Assembly (NCBI GenBank): GCA_937989945.1
Contig: CALKIG010000141.1
Location: forward strand, 7,035-71,034
Source: an uncultured Actinomycetes bacterium
GTDB lineage: Bacteria; Actinomycetota; Acidimicrobiia; Spongiisociales; ZC4RG35
DNA length: 64,000 bases
Direction: 5' to 3'
Below the pieces are notes generated by a model. It was not told the DNA's origin. It did not search any database and saw only the letters and a program-made list of their open reading frames with translations. Of this stretch, positions 1 to 8,291 are shown in pieces (the first letter of the stretch is position 1; every line of letters starts with the position of its first letter). A program made the position numbers and the translations under genes.

Positions 1-370
1 TCGACGACTCGGCCTCTTCGACACTCTCGATGGCTTCGCGGGCCCTCCACCAGCAAGGGCCGTCCTGACCGAAGGGGGGCGTGTCCGTGACGACTTCGAG
101 ACCCCCCCAACCGATCCCGATTCGTGTGTCAGCAGCTCCGGCTAGCTGCAGCCGAATCATCAACGATGCCGACACAGCCTCCCCCAGATGCGCGTATAGG
201 CCCTGGAACTCGTCACCAATCGTCATGGCCAGCCCCTGGACTGCCGACACCGAGGCATTGACCGCCATCAGGGCCTCCTGCATCTTGGTCTGGAGTTTCT
301 CACGGTCCCCAGAATGCCTCGAGGCTATGACATCTCCGACCAGAGCGGCATAGACCCTATTTTTATGCAT
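1..370 (-). CDS. SatD-family protein, 5' part only (gene runs off the left edge)
   Basis: Not in the ORF track. Manual minus-strand translation from ATG at 370 gives MHKNRVYAALVGDVIASRHSGDREKLQ...TIGDEFQGLY...RIGIGWGGL...FGQDGPCWWRAREAIE. This fits my memory of the SatD pattern (GD[IV]xxSR, GDEFQG, GIGxG, QDGPxWxxAR). Confidence 0.45.
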   Translation of the reverse strand, partial: MHKNRVYAALVGDVIASRHSGDREKLQTKMQEALMAVNASVSAVQGLAMTIGDEFQGLYAHLGEAVSASLMIRLQLAGAADTRIGIGWGGLEVVTDTPPFGQDGPCWWRAREAIESVEEAESS

Positions 371-439
371 ACTGAGAGCAATACTATCAGATATGCATCT
401 AAGACGCAATACCTGGCGATATGCGTCTCAGAGATGGGT

Positions 440-2968
440 TCAATCGTCGGCGAGTGCGACCTCGACCCGGAAGTCACCGAGCTCATATTCGATCGAATCG
501 GCCCTCGCCGCCTCGAGAAGATCCGTCTCCGCCTTCTTCAGGTCTTCGATCTGGTCTCCACGAGCCCTCACTCGCAGTGACGTGACTTCGGTTCGCATGG
601 ACGTCTTGGCATCCGACTTCGCACGTCGGACTGCTGTCAAGACCTCCCCAACCACCGACAGCACGTCTTCGTCACCCTCGAGCTGCTCCAACTCATCAGC
701 CTTCGGCCATGAAGACGTGTGGACCGAGCCATCGCGCCACCACGACCAGACCTCTTCGGTGACAAAGGGCAGGAATGGGGCGAACAATCTGAGATAGACA
801 CTCAGCGAGAGCTGGAGCGCTGCGTGAGCGGAGGCGGCGGCCGAGCCTTCCCCGTACGCCCGACCTTTGACCAACTCGAGGTAGTCATCGGTCCAGCCCC
901 AGAAGGAAGCTTCGGAGACTTCAAGTGCACGGGCATAGTCGAACTGCTCGAAAGCCTCCGTCGCAGTGGACACGACCTTCGCCAGGCCGGCCAGCATCGA
1001 CCGGTCGATTGGCTCTTCGATGGCATCAGGGCCGACATCGTCACCGAACCCGAGAGTGAAACGAGAAGCGTTGAGGATCTTCGTGGCCAATCGACGCCCA
1101 ATCTTCATCTGGCCCTCGTCGAAGATCGTGTCGGACCCGGGCCGCCCATATGCCGCCCAATAGCGCACGCCGTCCGAGCCATATTGCTCGAGGAGGCTCA
1201 GTGGGGTGATGACGTTGCCCTTCGACTTCGACATCTTCTTGCGGTCGGGGTCCATTATCCAGCCGGAGATCGTTGCGTGCCGGAACGGGAGCGAGTCGAA
1301 CTCCAGGTGCGAGCGGGTGACGGTGGAGAACAACCAGGTCCTGATGATGTCGTGACCTTGCGGCCTTATGTCCATAGGGAAGACACGCTCGAACAGATCA
1401 GGGTCGTCGTCCCAATGGCCGGCGATCTGTGGAGTCAACGACGAGGTGGCCCAGGTGTCCATGATGTCCGGGTCACCCATGAAGCCGTTTGGCTGCCCCC
1501 GCTGTTCAGGTTTGAACCCGGGCGGAGCATCGGAGCTGGGATCAACGGGAAGATCCTCCACCCGAGGCACCAGGACTTCGTCGTAGTTGGCTCGCCCTGC
1601 TTCATCCAGGCGGTACCAAACGGGGATCGGGACGCCGAAGAACCGCTGCCTGGACACGAGCCAGTCACCGTTCAGGCCCTCGACCCAGTGCTTGTACCGG
1701 ACTCCCATGAAGTCTGGGACCCAGTCGAGCTCCTCTCCCCTCTTCAGCAGCTCGTCGCGCAGCGACTCGTCTCTCCCGCCATTGCGGATGTACCACTGGC
1801 GACTGCTCACGATTTCGAGCGGACGGTCTCCTTTTTCGTAGAACTTGACTGGATGGGTGATGTCACGAGGCTCGCCTTCGATGTCGCCCGAGGCCCCGAG
1901 CAATTCCACCATCCGCTTCCGGGCCTGGTTCGGATAGAGGCCAGCGATCTCTGCATATGCCTGCTTGCCTTCGTTCGATTCGATCCACGGGGGCACTTCC
2001 TCCTGGAAACGACCGCTTTGCTCGATGACCGCTCGGGTTGGCAGATCGAGCTCGCGCCACCAAGTGACGTCGGTCGCGTCGCCCCAGGTGCAGATCATCG
2101 CGATTCCACTCCCCTTCTCAGGGTCAGCCAGCTCATGGCCAACGACGGGAAGCTCGACGCCGAACAGCGGGGACTCGACCATCTTTCCGAATAGAGGGCG
2201 ATATCGCTCGTCTTCGGGGTGGGCGACCAATGCGACACAAGCGCAAACCAGCTCGGGTCTCGTCGTCTCGATGTGGATGGGATCTCCACCCGGGCCGTAG
2301 AAGGCTATGCGGTGGTATGACCCTGGTCTTTCCCTGTCTTCCAGCTCGGCCTGGGCCACCGCCGTCTTGAAGTCGACATCCCAAAGGACCGGGGCTTCCT
2401 GGGTGTAAGCCTCCTCGCGTTCTAGGTTGCGGAGAAACATTCTCTGCGATGTGCGACGACAGTGATCGTCGATCGTCGCGTATGTCTGAGTCCAATCGAC
2501 GGACAGGCCGAGCATCCGCCATAGATTCTCAAAGACCTTCTCGTCTTCGTCTGTGAGACCGTGGCAAAGGTCGATGAAATTGCGCCTGCTGATCGAAATC
2601 GGCGGGTCTGCCGGCTCGTCGGGCGGGACGAACGAGGGGTCGTACGGAAGCGAGGGGTCGCAGCGAACTCCGTAGTAGTTCTGCACACGTCGCTCCGTGG
2701 GGAGGCCGTTGTCGTCCCACCCCATCGGATAGAAGACCTCTCGTCCCGCCATTCGCTCATAGCGCGCCAGTGTGTCCGTGTGGGTGTAGCTGAAGACGTG
2801 ACCGACGTGTAGCGAGCCCGAGACCGTGGGGGGAGGCGTGTCGATTGCGAAGATCTCGTCTCGAGGCTTGCTCCGGTCGAACAAGTACGTGCCGTCAGCC
2901 TCCCAGCGAGCGTCCCACTTCTTCTCCAGCCCGTCGAGGGTCGGCTTGTCGGGAATGTTTCGAGTCAT
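440..2968 (-). CDS. valS: valyl-tRNA synthetase
   Basis: ORF 440..3088 has class I aaRS motifs (HVGHVFSY as the HIGH region, KMSKSKGN) and ValRS-like length and sequence. I moved the start to ATG 2968 (MTRNIPDKPTLDGLEKKWDARW). The upstream 40 codons are just the reverse complement of the his leader region. Confidence 0.95.
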   Translation of the reverse strand: MTRNIPDKPTLDGLEKKWDARWEADGTYLFDRSKPRDEIFAIDTPPPTVSGSLHVGHVFSYTHTDTLARYERMAGREVFYPMGWDDNGLPTERRVQNYYGVRCDPSLPYDPSFVPPDEPADPPISISRRNFIDLCHGLTDEDEKVFENLWRMLGLSVDWTQTYATIDDHCRRTSQRMFLRNLEREEAYTQEAPVLWDVDFKTAVAQAELEDRERPGSYHRIAFYGPGGDPIHIETTRPELVCACVALVAHPEDERYRPLFGKMVESPLFGVELPVVGHELADPEKGSGIAMICTWGDATDVTWWRELDLPTRAVIEQSGRFQEEVPPWIESNEGKQAYAEIAGLYPNQARKRMVELLGASGDIEGEPRDITHPVKFYEKGDRPLEIVSSRQWYIRNGGRDESLRDELLKRGEELDWVPDFMGVRYKHWVEGLNGDWLVSRQRFFGVPIPVWYRLDEAGRANYDEVLVPRVEDLPVDPSSDAPPGFKPEQRGQPNGFMGDPDIMDTWATSSLTPQIAGHWDDDPDLFERVFPMDIRPQGHDIIRTWLFSTVTRSHLEFDSLPFRHATISGWIMDPDRKKMSKSKGNVITPLSLLEQYGSDGVRYWAAYGRPGSDTIFDEGQMKIGRRLATKILNASRFTLGFGDDVGPDAIEEPIDRSMLAGLAKVVSTATEAFEQFDYARALEVSEASFWGWTDDYLELVKGRAYGEGSAAASAHAALQLSLSVYLRLFAPFLPFVTEEVWSWWRDGSVHTSSWPKADELEQLEGDEDVLSVVGEVLTAVRRAKSDAKTSMRTEVTSLRVRARGDQIEDLKKAETDLLEAARADSIEYELGDFRVEVALADD

Positions 2969-3017
2969 GGATCGCCCAAGGGTAACGGCCGGTTCCGCGC
3001 CATCGGAACCTCGCTGC

Positions 3018-3046
3018 TTGTGATTGCCGGAGGCGGCCGGTATCGT
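3018..3046 (+). promoter_or_regulatory. candidate sigma-70-type promoter for the his leader/operon
   Basis: TTGTGA (3018-3023), a 17 nt spacer, then TATCGT (3041-3046, TAnnnT type). The predicted TSS lies 1-3 nt before ATG 3056, so the leader peptide would be near-leaderless. Found by eye only. Confidence 0.25.
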
Positions 3047-3055
3047 TCCGGGGAC

Positions 3056-3109
3056 ATGACGAACTCGTTCGCCTTCACGCATCATCACCGTCCCACATGG
3101 GTCGGTTGA
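3056..3109 (+). CDS. putative his operon leader peptide MTNSFAFTHHHRPTWVG
   Basis: ATG ACG AAC TCG TTC GCC TTC ACG CAT CAT CAC CGT CCC ACA TGG GTC GGT TGA. It has three consecutive His codons, lies about 100 nt upstream of hisG, and is followed by a terminator hairpin. Confidence 0.4.
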   Translation: MTNSFAFTHHHRPTWVG

Positions 3110-3144
3110 TGCTGCTCTGACGAAGACGACGATTTAGAAGCAAC

Positions 3145-3175
3145 ACGCCGACCGGGATGGTCGGCGTTTCTCATT
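3145..3175 (+). terminator. intrinsic terminator-like hairpin (candidate his attenuator)
   Basis: ACGCCGACC (3145-3153), loop GGGAT, then GGTCGGCGT (3159-3167): a perfect 9 bp stem followed by TTTCTCATT. It sits 37 nt upstream of the hisG start. No + strand gene lies upstream for it to terminate. Confidence 0.45.
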
Positions 3176-3211
3176 GGCACGCGGGCCGTTCCCCTTCGAA
3201 AGGCCCGCCAA

Positions 3212-4078
3212 GTGAATAGCAACGACCAGATCCACCTAGCAGTCCCCAAGGGACGCATCCAACAAGGAGTCTTCGACCTGCTCGCCGACGCCGGCATGAG
3301 GCTGCAATCTGGCCCCCGGGGCTACCGGCCCACGATCTCGATCTCCGGCTACGAAGTCAAACTCCTCAAACCGCAAAACATTGTCGAGATGCTCATGGCG
3401 GGCTCGCGCGATGTCGGATTCGCCGGCGCCGACTGGGTGTCGGAGCTCGACGGCGACCTCATCCAGCTCCTCGACACCGGACTCGATCCGGTGCGGATCG
3501 TGGCGGCCGCACCGTCGTCCCTGCTGGAGAATGAGAAGCTTCCAAGCCGTCGGCTCGTTGTTGCGAGCGAATACGAGCAACTGACCAAACGATGGATCGA
3601 TGCCAGGGGCCTCGATGCGGTCTTCGTGCGCTCTTATGGCGCCACCGAAGTCTTCCCGCCAGAGGATGCCGACGTGATCATCGACAATACGGCCTCGGGG
3701 GCGACACTTGCCTCCAACGATCTCGTGGTAATCGATGAGTTGATGACATCGTCGACGAGGCTGTATGCCAGCCAGGGTGCCCTCGACAGGCCGTCGGCGA
3801 AATCCCGCATCGAGAGACTGGTGATATCGCTCAAGTCGGTTCTCGACGCCCGCACCCGGGCGATGATCGAGCTCAACGTCGCATCGGAGTACCTCGAGAC
3901 GGTTATTGAGATACTGCCTCGCATGAGGGAGCCAACAATCGCATCCCTGCACGGCGACAGCGGCTTGGCGGTGAAGGCAGCCGTTCCTCGAGATACGCTC
4001 CCGGAGCTCATACCTCTGCTCAAAGAGCGCGGCGCCACCGACATCGTCGTGTCCAGGCTCGAGCAGATCGTCCCATGA
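3212..4078 (+). CDS. hisG: ATP phosphoribosyltransferase, long form with C-terminal regulatory domain
   Basis: 288 aa with a GTG start. The N-terminus is HLAVPKGRIQQGVFDLLADAG. A C-terminal HisG_C-like region is present, so no HisZ should be needed. It is the first gene of the coupled his operon. Confidence 0.9.
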   Translation: MNSNDQIHLAVPKGRIQQGVFDLLADAGMRLQSGPRGYRPTISISGYEVKLLKPQNIVEMLMAGSRDVGFAGADWVSELDGDLIQLLDTGLDPVRIVAAAPSSLLENEKLPSRRLVVASEYEQLTKRWIDARGLDAVFVRSYGATEVFPPEDADVIIDNTASGATLASNDLVVIDELMTSSTRLYASQGALDRPSAKSRIERLVISLKSVLDARTRAMIELNVASEYLETVIEILPRMREPTIASLHGDSGLAVKAAVPRDTLPELIPLLKERGATDIVVSRLEQIVP

Positions 4079-5103
4079 GGCTCCTCGACCCCTACACCCC
4101 TCCAATGACACTGCCCGGGATCGACCTCGATCTGTCCCGTAACGAAGGACAGCCACCGGACATGTCGATCCTCGATGAGGTTTCAGGAGAACCGGGTCTG
4201 CTCAACCGCTATCCCGACTCCTCGGGGCTGCGGGACAAAGTGTCGAAGCTGCGAGACGTGAGTCCCGAGGCAACCCTGGTGACGGCAGGCGGAGATGACG
4301 CCCTCCTTCGCTGTTGCGCTGCTCTGCTGACGGCCGGGACCCGAACCGTCACGACCACACCGACCTTCGAGATGATCGCCCGCTACTCCGCTCTCCAGGG
4401 TGCCGACCTCGTCGAGGTCCCATGGAAGAACGGTCCCTTCCCCACTGACCGGCTGGTTGGGAGTGCCGAAGCAGGAGCGGTCTGCCTCATCGTCTCACCG
4501 AATAACCCGACAGGGGAGGTCATCGGCTCCGAAGACCTCCTCGAACTCGCCGAGGCCTTCGAGTATGTGGTCCTCGACGGCGCCTACATGGAGTTCGCTG
4601 CAGTCGATCTCACCCGAGACGCTCTGCAACAACCGAATGTGTTGATGTTGCGAACTCTCTCCAAGGCGTGGGGCCTTGCGGGGCTGCGTGTTGGCTATCT
4701 GCTGGGCGAACCATCCCTGGTGCGGAGAGTGTCAGCATTCGGGAACCCATATCCCGTCTCTCGCCTGTCGTTGGCCATCGCCGAGAAACGACTCGAGGCC
4801 GGTGACGTCGACGATTTCATCCATGAGGTCTGCGCAGAGCGCAACACCCTCACCGACCTATTCGCTCGGTTGGGTCTCGAGCCAATCGAGTCCCAGGCGA
4901 ACTTCGTCTTCGCCGAGACCTCGGCGGCCGAGTACGTCAGGTCGGCCCTCGCCGACGCCGGTATCGCCATCCGGACGTTTCCGGGGCGACCCGGCCTGGA
5001 ACGCGCTCTGAGAGTCACGCTGCCCGGTGTCGCGACCGACTTCGAGCGGCTTGTGGGCACGTTGGAGAAAGTACTGCGACGAGACCAGGAGACAAGATCA
5101 TGA
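4075..5103 (+). CDS. hisC: histidinol-phosphate aminotransferase
   Basis: 342 aa class II aminotransferase (SPNNPTG, LRTLSKAWGLAGLRVGY with the PLP lysine). ATGA overlap with hisG. Position within the his operon supports the call. Confidence 0.9.
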   Translation: MRLLDPYTPPMTLPGIDLDLSRNEGQPPDMSILDEVSGEPGLLNRYPDSSGLRDKVSKLRDVSPEATLVTAGGDDALLRCCAALLTAGTRTVTTTPTFEMIARYSALQGADLVEVPWKNGPFPTDRLVGSAEAGAVCLIVSPNNPTGEVIGSEDLLELAEAFEYVVLDGAYMEFAAVDLTRDALQQPNVLMLRTLSKAWGLAGLRVGYLLGEPSLVRRVSAFGNPYPVSRLSLAIAEKRLEAGDVDDFIHEVCAERNTLTDLFARLGLEPIESQANFVFAETSAAEYVRSALADAGIAIRTFPGRPGLERALRVTLPGVATDFERLVGTLEKVLRRDQETRS

Positions 5104-5684
5104 AGCGAGCGGCACTGATACAGAGAAAGACCGGCGAAGTCGAGATCTCGGGTCATCTCGAGATAGATGGGAGCGGCGTGTCGAAGATAGACACGGGGCT
5201 CGGCTTCCTCGATCACATGCTCGCTTCGCTGTCGAAGCACTCGTCGATCGACATCGAGCTCACAGCTCAGGGCGACACAGATGTCGACGATCATCACACC
5301 GTCGAGGACTGCGCGATTGCCATCGGCGAGGCGCTGGCGAACGCCCTCGGAGATCGAGCCGGGATCACCCGCTTCGGCACTGCTTACGCCCCTCTCGATG
5401 AAGCGCTGGCAAGAGTGGTGGTGGACCTCAGCGGCCGCGGCTGGGCCGAGGTGACCCTCTCTCTGCAAAGGGAGACCATCGGAGATGTGGCAACGGAGAA
5501 CCTGACTCACTTCTTTCGCTCGCTTGCGGCGAATGGTCGCCTTGCCATTCATGTGGACGTTTTGAGAGGCGACAACGACCACCACAAAGCCGAGGCGGCC
5601 TTCAAGGCGGCTGCTCTCGCACTGAGGGAGGCCGTCTCAGAAACGGGAAGCGCTGCCGTTCCAAGCACTAAGGGGAAACTGTGA
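5100..5684 (+). CDS. hisB: imidazoleglycerol-phosphate dehydratase
   Basis: 194 aa with typical IGPD motifs (GFLDHML, DDHHTVED, HHKAEAAFKA). ATGA overlap with hisC. Confidence 0.93.
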   Translation: MKRAALIQRKTGEVEISGHLEIDGSGVSKIDTGLGFLDHMLASLSKHSSIDIELTAQGDTDVDDHHTVEDCAIAIGEALANALGDRAGITRFGTAYAPLDEALARVVVDLSGRGWAEVTLSLQRETIGDVATENLTHFFRSLAANGRLAIHVDVLRGDNDHHKAEAAFKAAALALREAVSETGSAAVPSTKGKL

Positions 5685-6283
5685 GAACCGGCCGCGATGT
5701 GGTCGTGCCCACCGGGACCGCCAACCTGGCATCGGTGCTTGCCGCCTTTCGGCGGATCGGTGTCACGTTGGAGATCGACAACAGCCCGGGCGCCGTCGGC
5801 GCGGCCAGGCGTCTCGTCGTTCCGGGGGTCGGAGCATTTGGTGCAGCCATGTCTGAGCTGAGACGGCTTCGCCTTGTAGAGCCCATTGAAAAGCGCATCC
5901 GGGCCGGACAGCCAACCCTGGCCATTTGCGTCGGCATGCAAATACTCGCGGGTCACAGCGAGGAGTCACCTGACACTCGGGGAATCGGAGTCATCGAGGA
6001 TGAGGTGGCCCGCTATGAGCGCGACCTCATCGTGCCCCAGTTGGCGTGGAGCCAGGTCATACCGGGTCCGGAGTCGAACCTGATCGAGCCGGGCTGGGGG
6101 TACTTTGCCAACTCTTACCGTTTGGGCACGATTCCCCAGGGCTGGGCCGGTTCGACGGCCATCTATGGAAAGCCCTTCGTGGCCGCGATCGAGAAGGGCG
6201 ATGTCTTGGCCTGCCAGTTCCACCCCGAACTGTCCGGCGAATGGGGGTCCGACCTATTGCAGAGATGGGCCGCCCTCTCATGA
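5681..6283 (+). CDS. hisH: imidazole glycerol phosphate synthase, glutamine amidotransferase subunit
   Basis: 200 aa class I GATase (PGVGAFG, ICVGMQ catalytic Cys, QFHPE). GTGA overlap with hisB. Confidence 0.93.
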   Translation: MRTGRDVVVPTGTANLASVLAAFRRIGVTLEIDNSPGAVGAARRLVVPGVGAFGAAMSELRRLRLVEPIEKRIRAGQPTLAICVGMQILAGHSEESPDTRGIGVIEDEVARYERDLIVPQLAWSQVIPGPESNLIEPGWGYFANSYRLGTIPQGWAGSTAIYGKPFVAAIEKGDVLACQFHPELSGEWGSDLLQRWAALS

Positions 6284-7038
6284 GACCGGTCACGCGAATA
6301 GTCCCATGCCTCGACATCAAGGACGGACGGATCGTCAAGGGCGTCAATTTCCAGAATCTCGTCGACATGGGTGAGCCCGCGATCAGGGCAGCCAGCTATC
6401 AGGACCAGGGCGCCGACGAGATAGTCCTCCTCGATGTCTCGGCCACCCCGGAGGGGAGAGCACATGGCATCGACACCGTCAAGGAGGTCCGCGAGATGCT
6501 CTCCATACCTCTCACGGTGGGAGGTGGTATCCGGACAGAGAGTGATGCCTCTCGACTTCTCGAGGCGGGGGCCGACAAGGTTGCCATCAACACCGCGGCG
6601 GTGGGAAACCCCTCGCTCGTGGCCAGCCTTGCCTCGACGTTTGGATCGCAGTGCACGGTAGTTGCAGTGGACGCCAAACGTGTTGCGGCCGACTGGAGAG
6701 TCGTGGTCGAGAGCGGAACCAAGGTGACGCCTCTTTCTGTCGCGCAGTGGGTCGCGGACATCGAAGTCGAAGGCGCCGGTGAGATCTTGCTCACGAGCTG
6801 GGATCGGGACGGCACAAGCCTCGGCTATGACCTGGAGTTGCTGGAAGCTGTCACTTCGGCTGTTTCTATCCCCGTAGTCGCATCCGGTGGAGCAGCGAAC
6901 TCGGGGCACCTGATCGCTGGAGTCGATGCTGGAGCGTCCGCCGTCTTGGTCGCCTCCATGTTGCACTCGAGCCGAACCACGGTCGACGCTCTCAAGCGGG
7001 ACATGATCGAAGCTGGGATCGAGGTGCGCCCATGCTGA
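6280..7038 (+). CDS. hisF: imidazole glycerol phosphate synthase, cyclase subunit
   Basis: The HisF sequence begins at MRPVTRIVPCLDIKDGRIVKGVNF (ATG 6280, ATGA overlap with the hisH stop). The ORF-track start at 6046 lies inside hisH and is rejected. Confidence 0.93.
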   Translation: MRPVTRIVPCLDIKDGRIVKGVNFQNLVDMGEPAIRAASYQDQGADEIVLLDVSATPEGRAHGIDTVKEVREMLSIPLTVGGGIRTESDASRLLEAGADKVAINTAAVGNPSLVASLASTFGSQCTVVAVDAKRVAADWRVVVESGTKVTPLSVAQWVADIEVEGAGEILLTSWDRDGTSLGYDLELLEAVTSAVSIPVVASGGAANSGHLIAGVDAGASAVLVASMLHSSRTTVDALKRDMIEAGIEVRPC

Positions 7039-8291
7039 TCCCGTCAATCGACATAGTCAACGGCCAAGCCGTGCAGCTGATAGGCGGCGAGGAGACTGCC
7101 ATCTCGGGCGGCGATCCATTCACATGGCTGGAGCGATTCTCCAGGGTCGGTGAGGTGGCGGTAATCGACATTGACGCAGCTAGAGGCGAAGGGCACAACG
7201 CCGACCTGATCGCCCGCATGTGCCGGATGGCCCCTATCCGGGTCGGCGGCGGGATTCGGGACTACCAGACCGCCACTCGATGGCTCGATCGCGGAGCTGC
7301 CAGAATCATCATCGGCACGGCCGCTGATCCATCCCTGCTGTCTCGACTCCCCCGAAGTCGTGTCATCGCAGCGATCGACTCCAGAGACGATCGCGTCCTC
7401 GCCGAGGGATGGCGTCGGGAGACCGGTGACAGCCTCCTCGATCAGGTCTCGACCTTGAGCCCACACACCGGAGGTCTCCTCGTCACGTTTGTGGAGCTTG
7501 AAGGACGTATGCAGGGAACCGATCTCGACAGGGCTGCCCAGGTGGCCCGAGTCGCCGGCGACACGAGAGTGACCGTCGCAGGCGGAGTGTCCGATGCCTC
7601 CGAGATCGCCGCCCTCGATGCACTTGGCATCGATGCGCAGGTTGGGATGGCCCTCTACAGCGGAGAGCTGTCACTGGCCAGGGCTTTCACGGCTCCCATG
7701 ACGTCGGACCGGGCCGACGGCCTGTGGCCGACGGTGGTCGTCGACGAAGCGGGAAAGGCGCTCGGCCTCGTCTACAGCAGTCTCAAGTCGTTGGATGAGG
7801 CACTGGCTTCCGGAGCCGGCGTCTATCACAGCCGAACCAGAGGTGTCTGGCGCAAGGGAGCGACTTCCGGCGCCACGCAAGATCTGCTCCGCGTCACCGT
7901 CGACTGTGATCGTGACGCGCTCCGTTTCACTGTTCGACAATCGGGCGACGGGTTTTGCCATACCGGGTCGCGATCGTGTTTCGGGGAAGACCGGGGCATC
8001 TCTCGTCTCGCCCGGCGCCTGGCGCAGGTGGCCGTGGATCGCCCCAGCGAGTCAAACACCGTGAAGCTCCTGGACGATCCCGACTTGCTGTCATCGAAAC
8101 TCACAGAGGAAGCTGCCGAGCTCGGAGCCGCCACAAGCCTCGATGCTGTGGCGCACGAGGCGGCCGATCTCATCTACTTTGCCCTCACCAAGGCTGCCGC
8201 TGCCGGAGTCGACGTCGACCGCATCGAAGAGGAGCTCGATCGGCGCGAGCTGCGGGTCACCAGGCGCCCCATGGATAGGTCTACCCGATGA
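7032..8291 (+). CDS. hisA-hisIE: trifunctional fusion: ProFAR isomerase (HisA-like) / PR-AMP cyclohydrolase (HisI) / PR-ATP pyrophosphatase (HisE)
   Basis: 419 aa. Residues 1 to about 230 form a HisA-type barrel (LIPSIDIVNGQAVQLIGG, VGGGIR, VAGGVS). Residues about 240-330 are HisI (YHSRTRGVWRKGATSG...DCDRDAL...CHTGSRSCFG). Residues about 335-410 are HisE (EEAAEL...EAADLIYFAL). A 7 nt overlap with hisF and an ATGA overlap with hisD. Confidence 0.85.
   Translation: MLIPSIDIVNGQAVQLIGGEETAISGGDPFTWLERFSRVGEVAVIDIDAARGEGHNADLIARMCRMAPIRVGGGIRDYQTATRWLDRGAARIIIGTAADPSLLSRLPRSRVIAAIDSRDDRVLAEGWRRETGDSLLDQVSTLSPHTGGLLVTFVELEGRMQGTDLDRAAQVARVAGDTRVTVAGGVSDASEIAALDALGIDAQVGMALYSGELSLARAFTAPMTSDRADGLWPTVVVDEAGKALGLVYSSLKSLDEALASGAGVYHSRTRGVWRKGATSGATQDLLRVTVDCDRDALRFTVRQSGDGFCHTGSRSCFGEDRGISRLARRLAQVAVDRPSESNTVKLLDDPDLLSSKLTEEAAELGAATSLDAVAHEAADLIYFALTKAAAAGVDVDRIEEELDRRELRVTRRPMDRSTR

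Noticed and set aside
719-2194. 491 aa + strand ORF, and other long ORFs antisense to valS
   Set aside because: It lies entirely antisense to a well-supported valS and has no recognisable family. Long antisense ORFs are an expected artefact of high GC content, which makes stop codons rare.
2969-3088. N-terminal extension of valS (MMMREGERVRHV...)
   Set aside because: ValRS homology begins at MTRNIPDKP (ATG 2968). The MMM is simply the reverse complement of the CAT CAT CAC His codons of the + strand leader ORF.
2969-3211. Possible T-box or other riboswitch controlling valS on the minus strand
   Set aside because: I could not find the conserved T-box sequence (…GGUGGUACCGCG…) or a specifier-loop arrangement. 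The hairpin with a U-tract is better explained in the + orientation, in front of hisG.
3236-4156. 306 aa minus-strand ORF across hisG
   Set aside because: Antisense to hisG, with a low-complexity Arg/Gly/His-rich translation. High-GC artefact.
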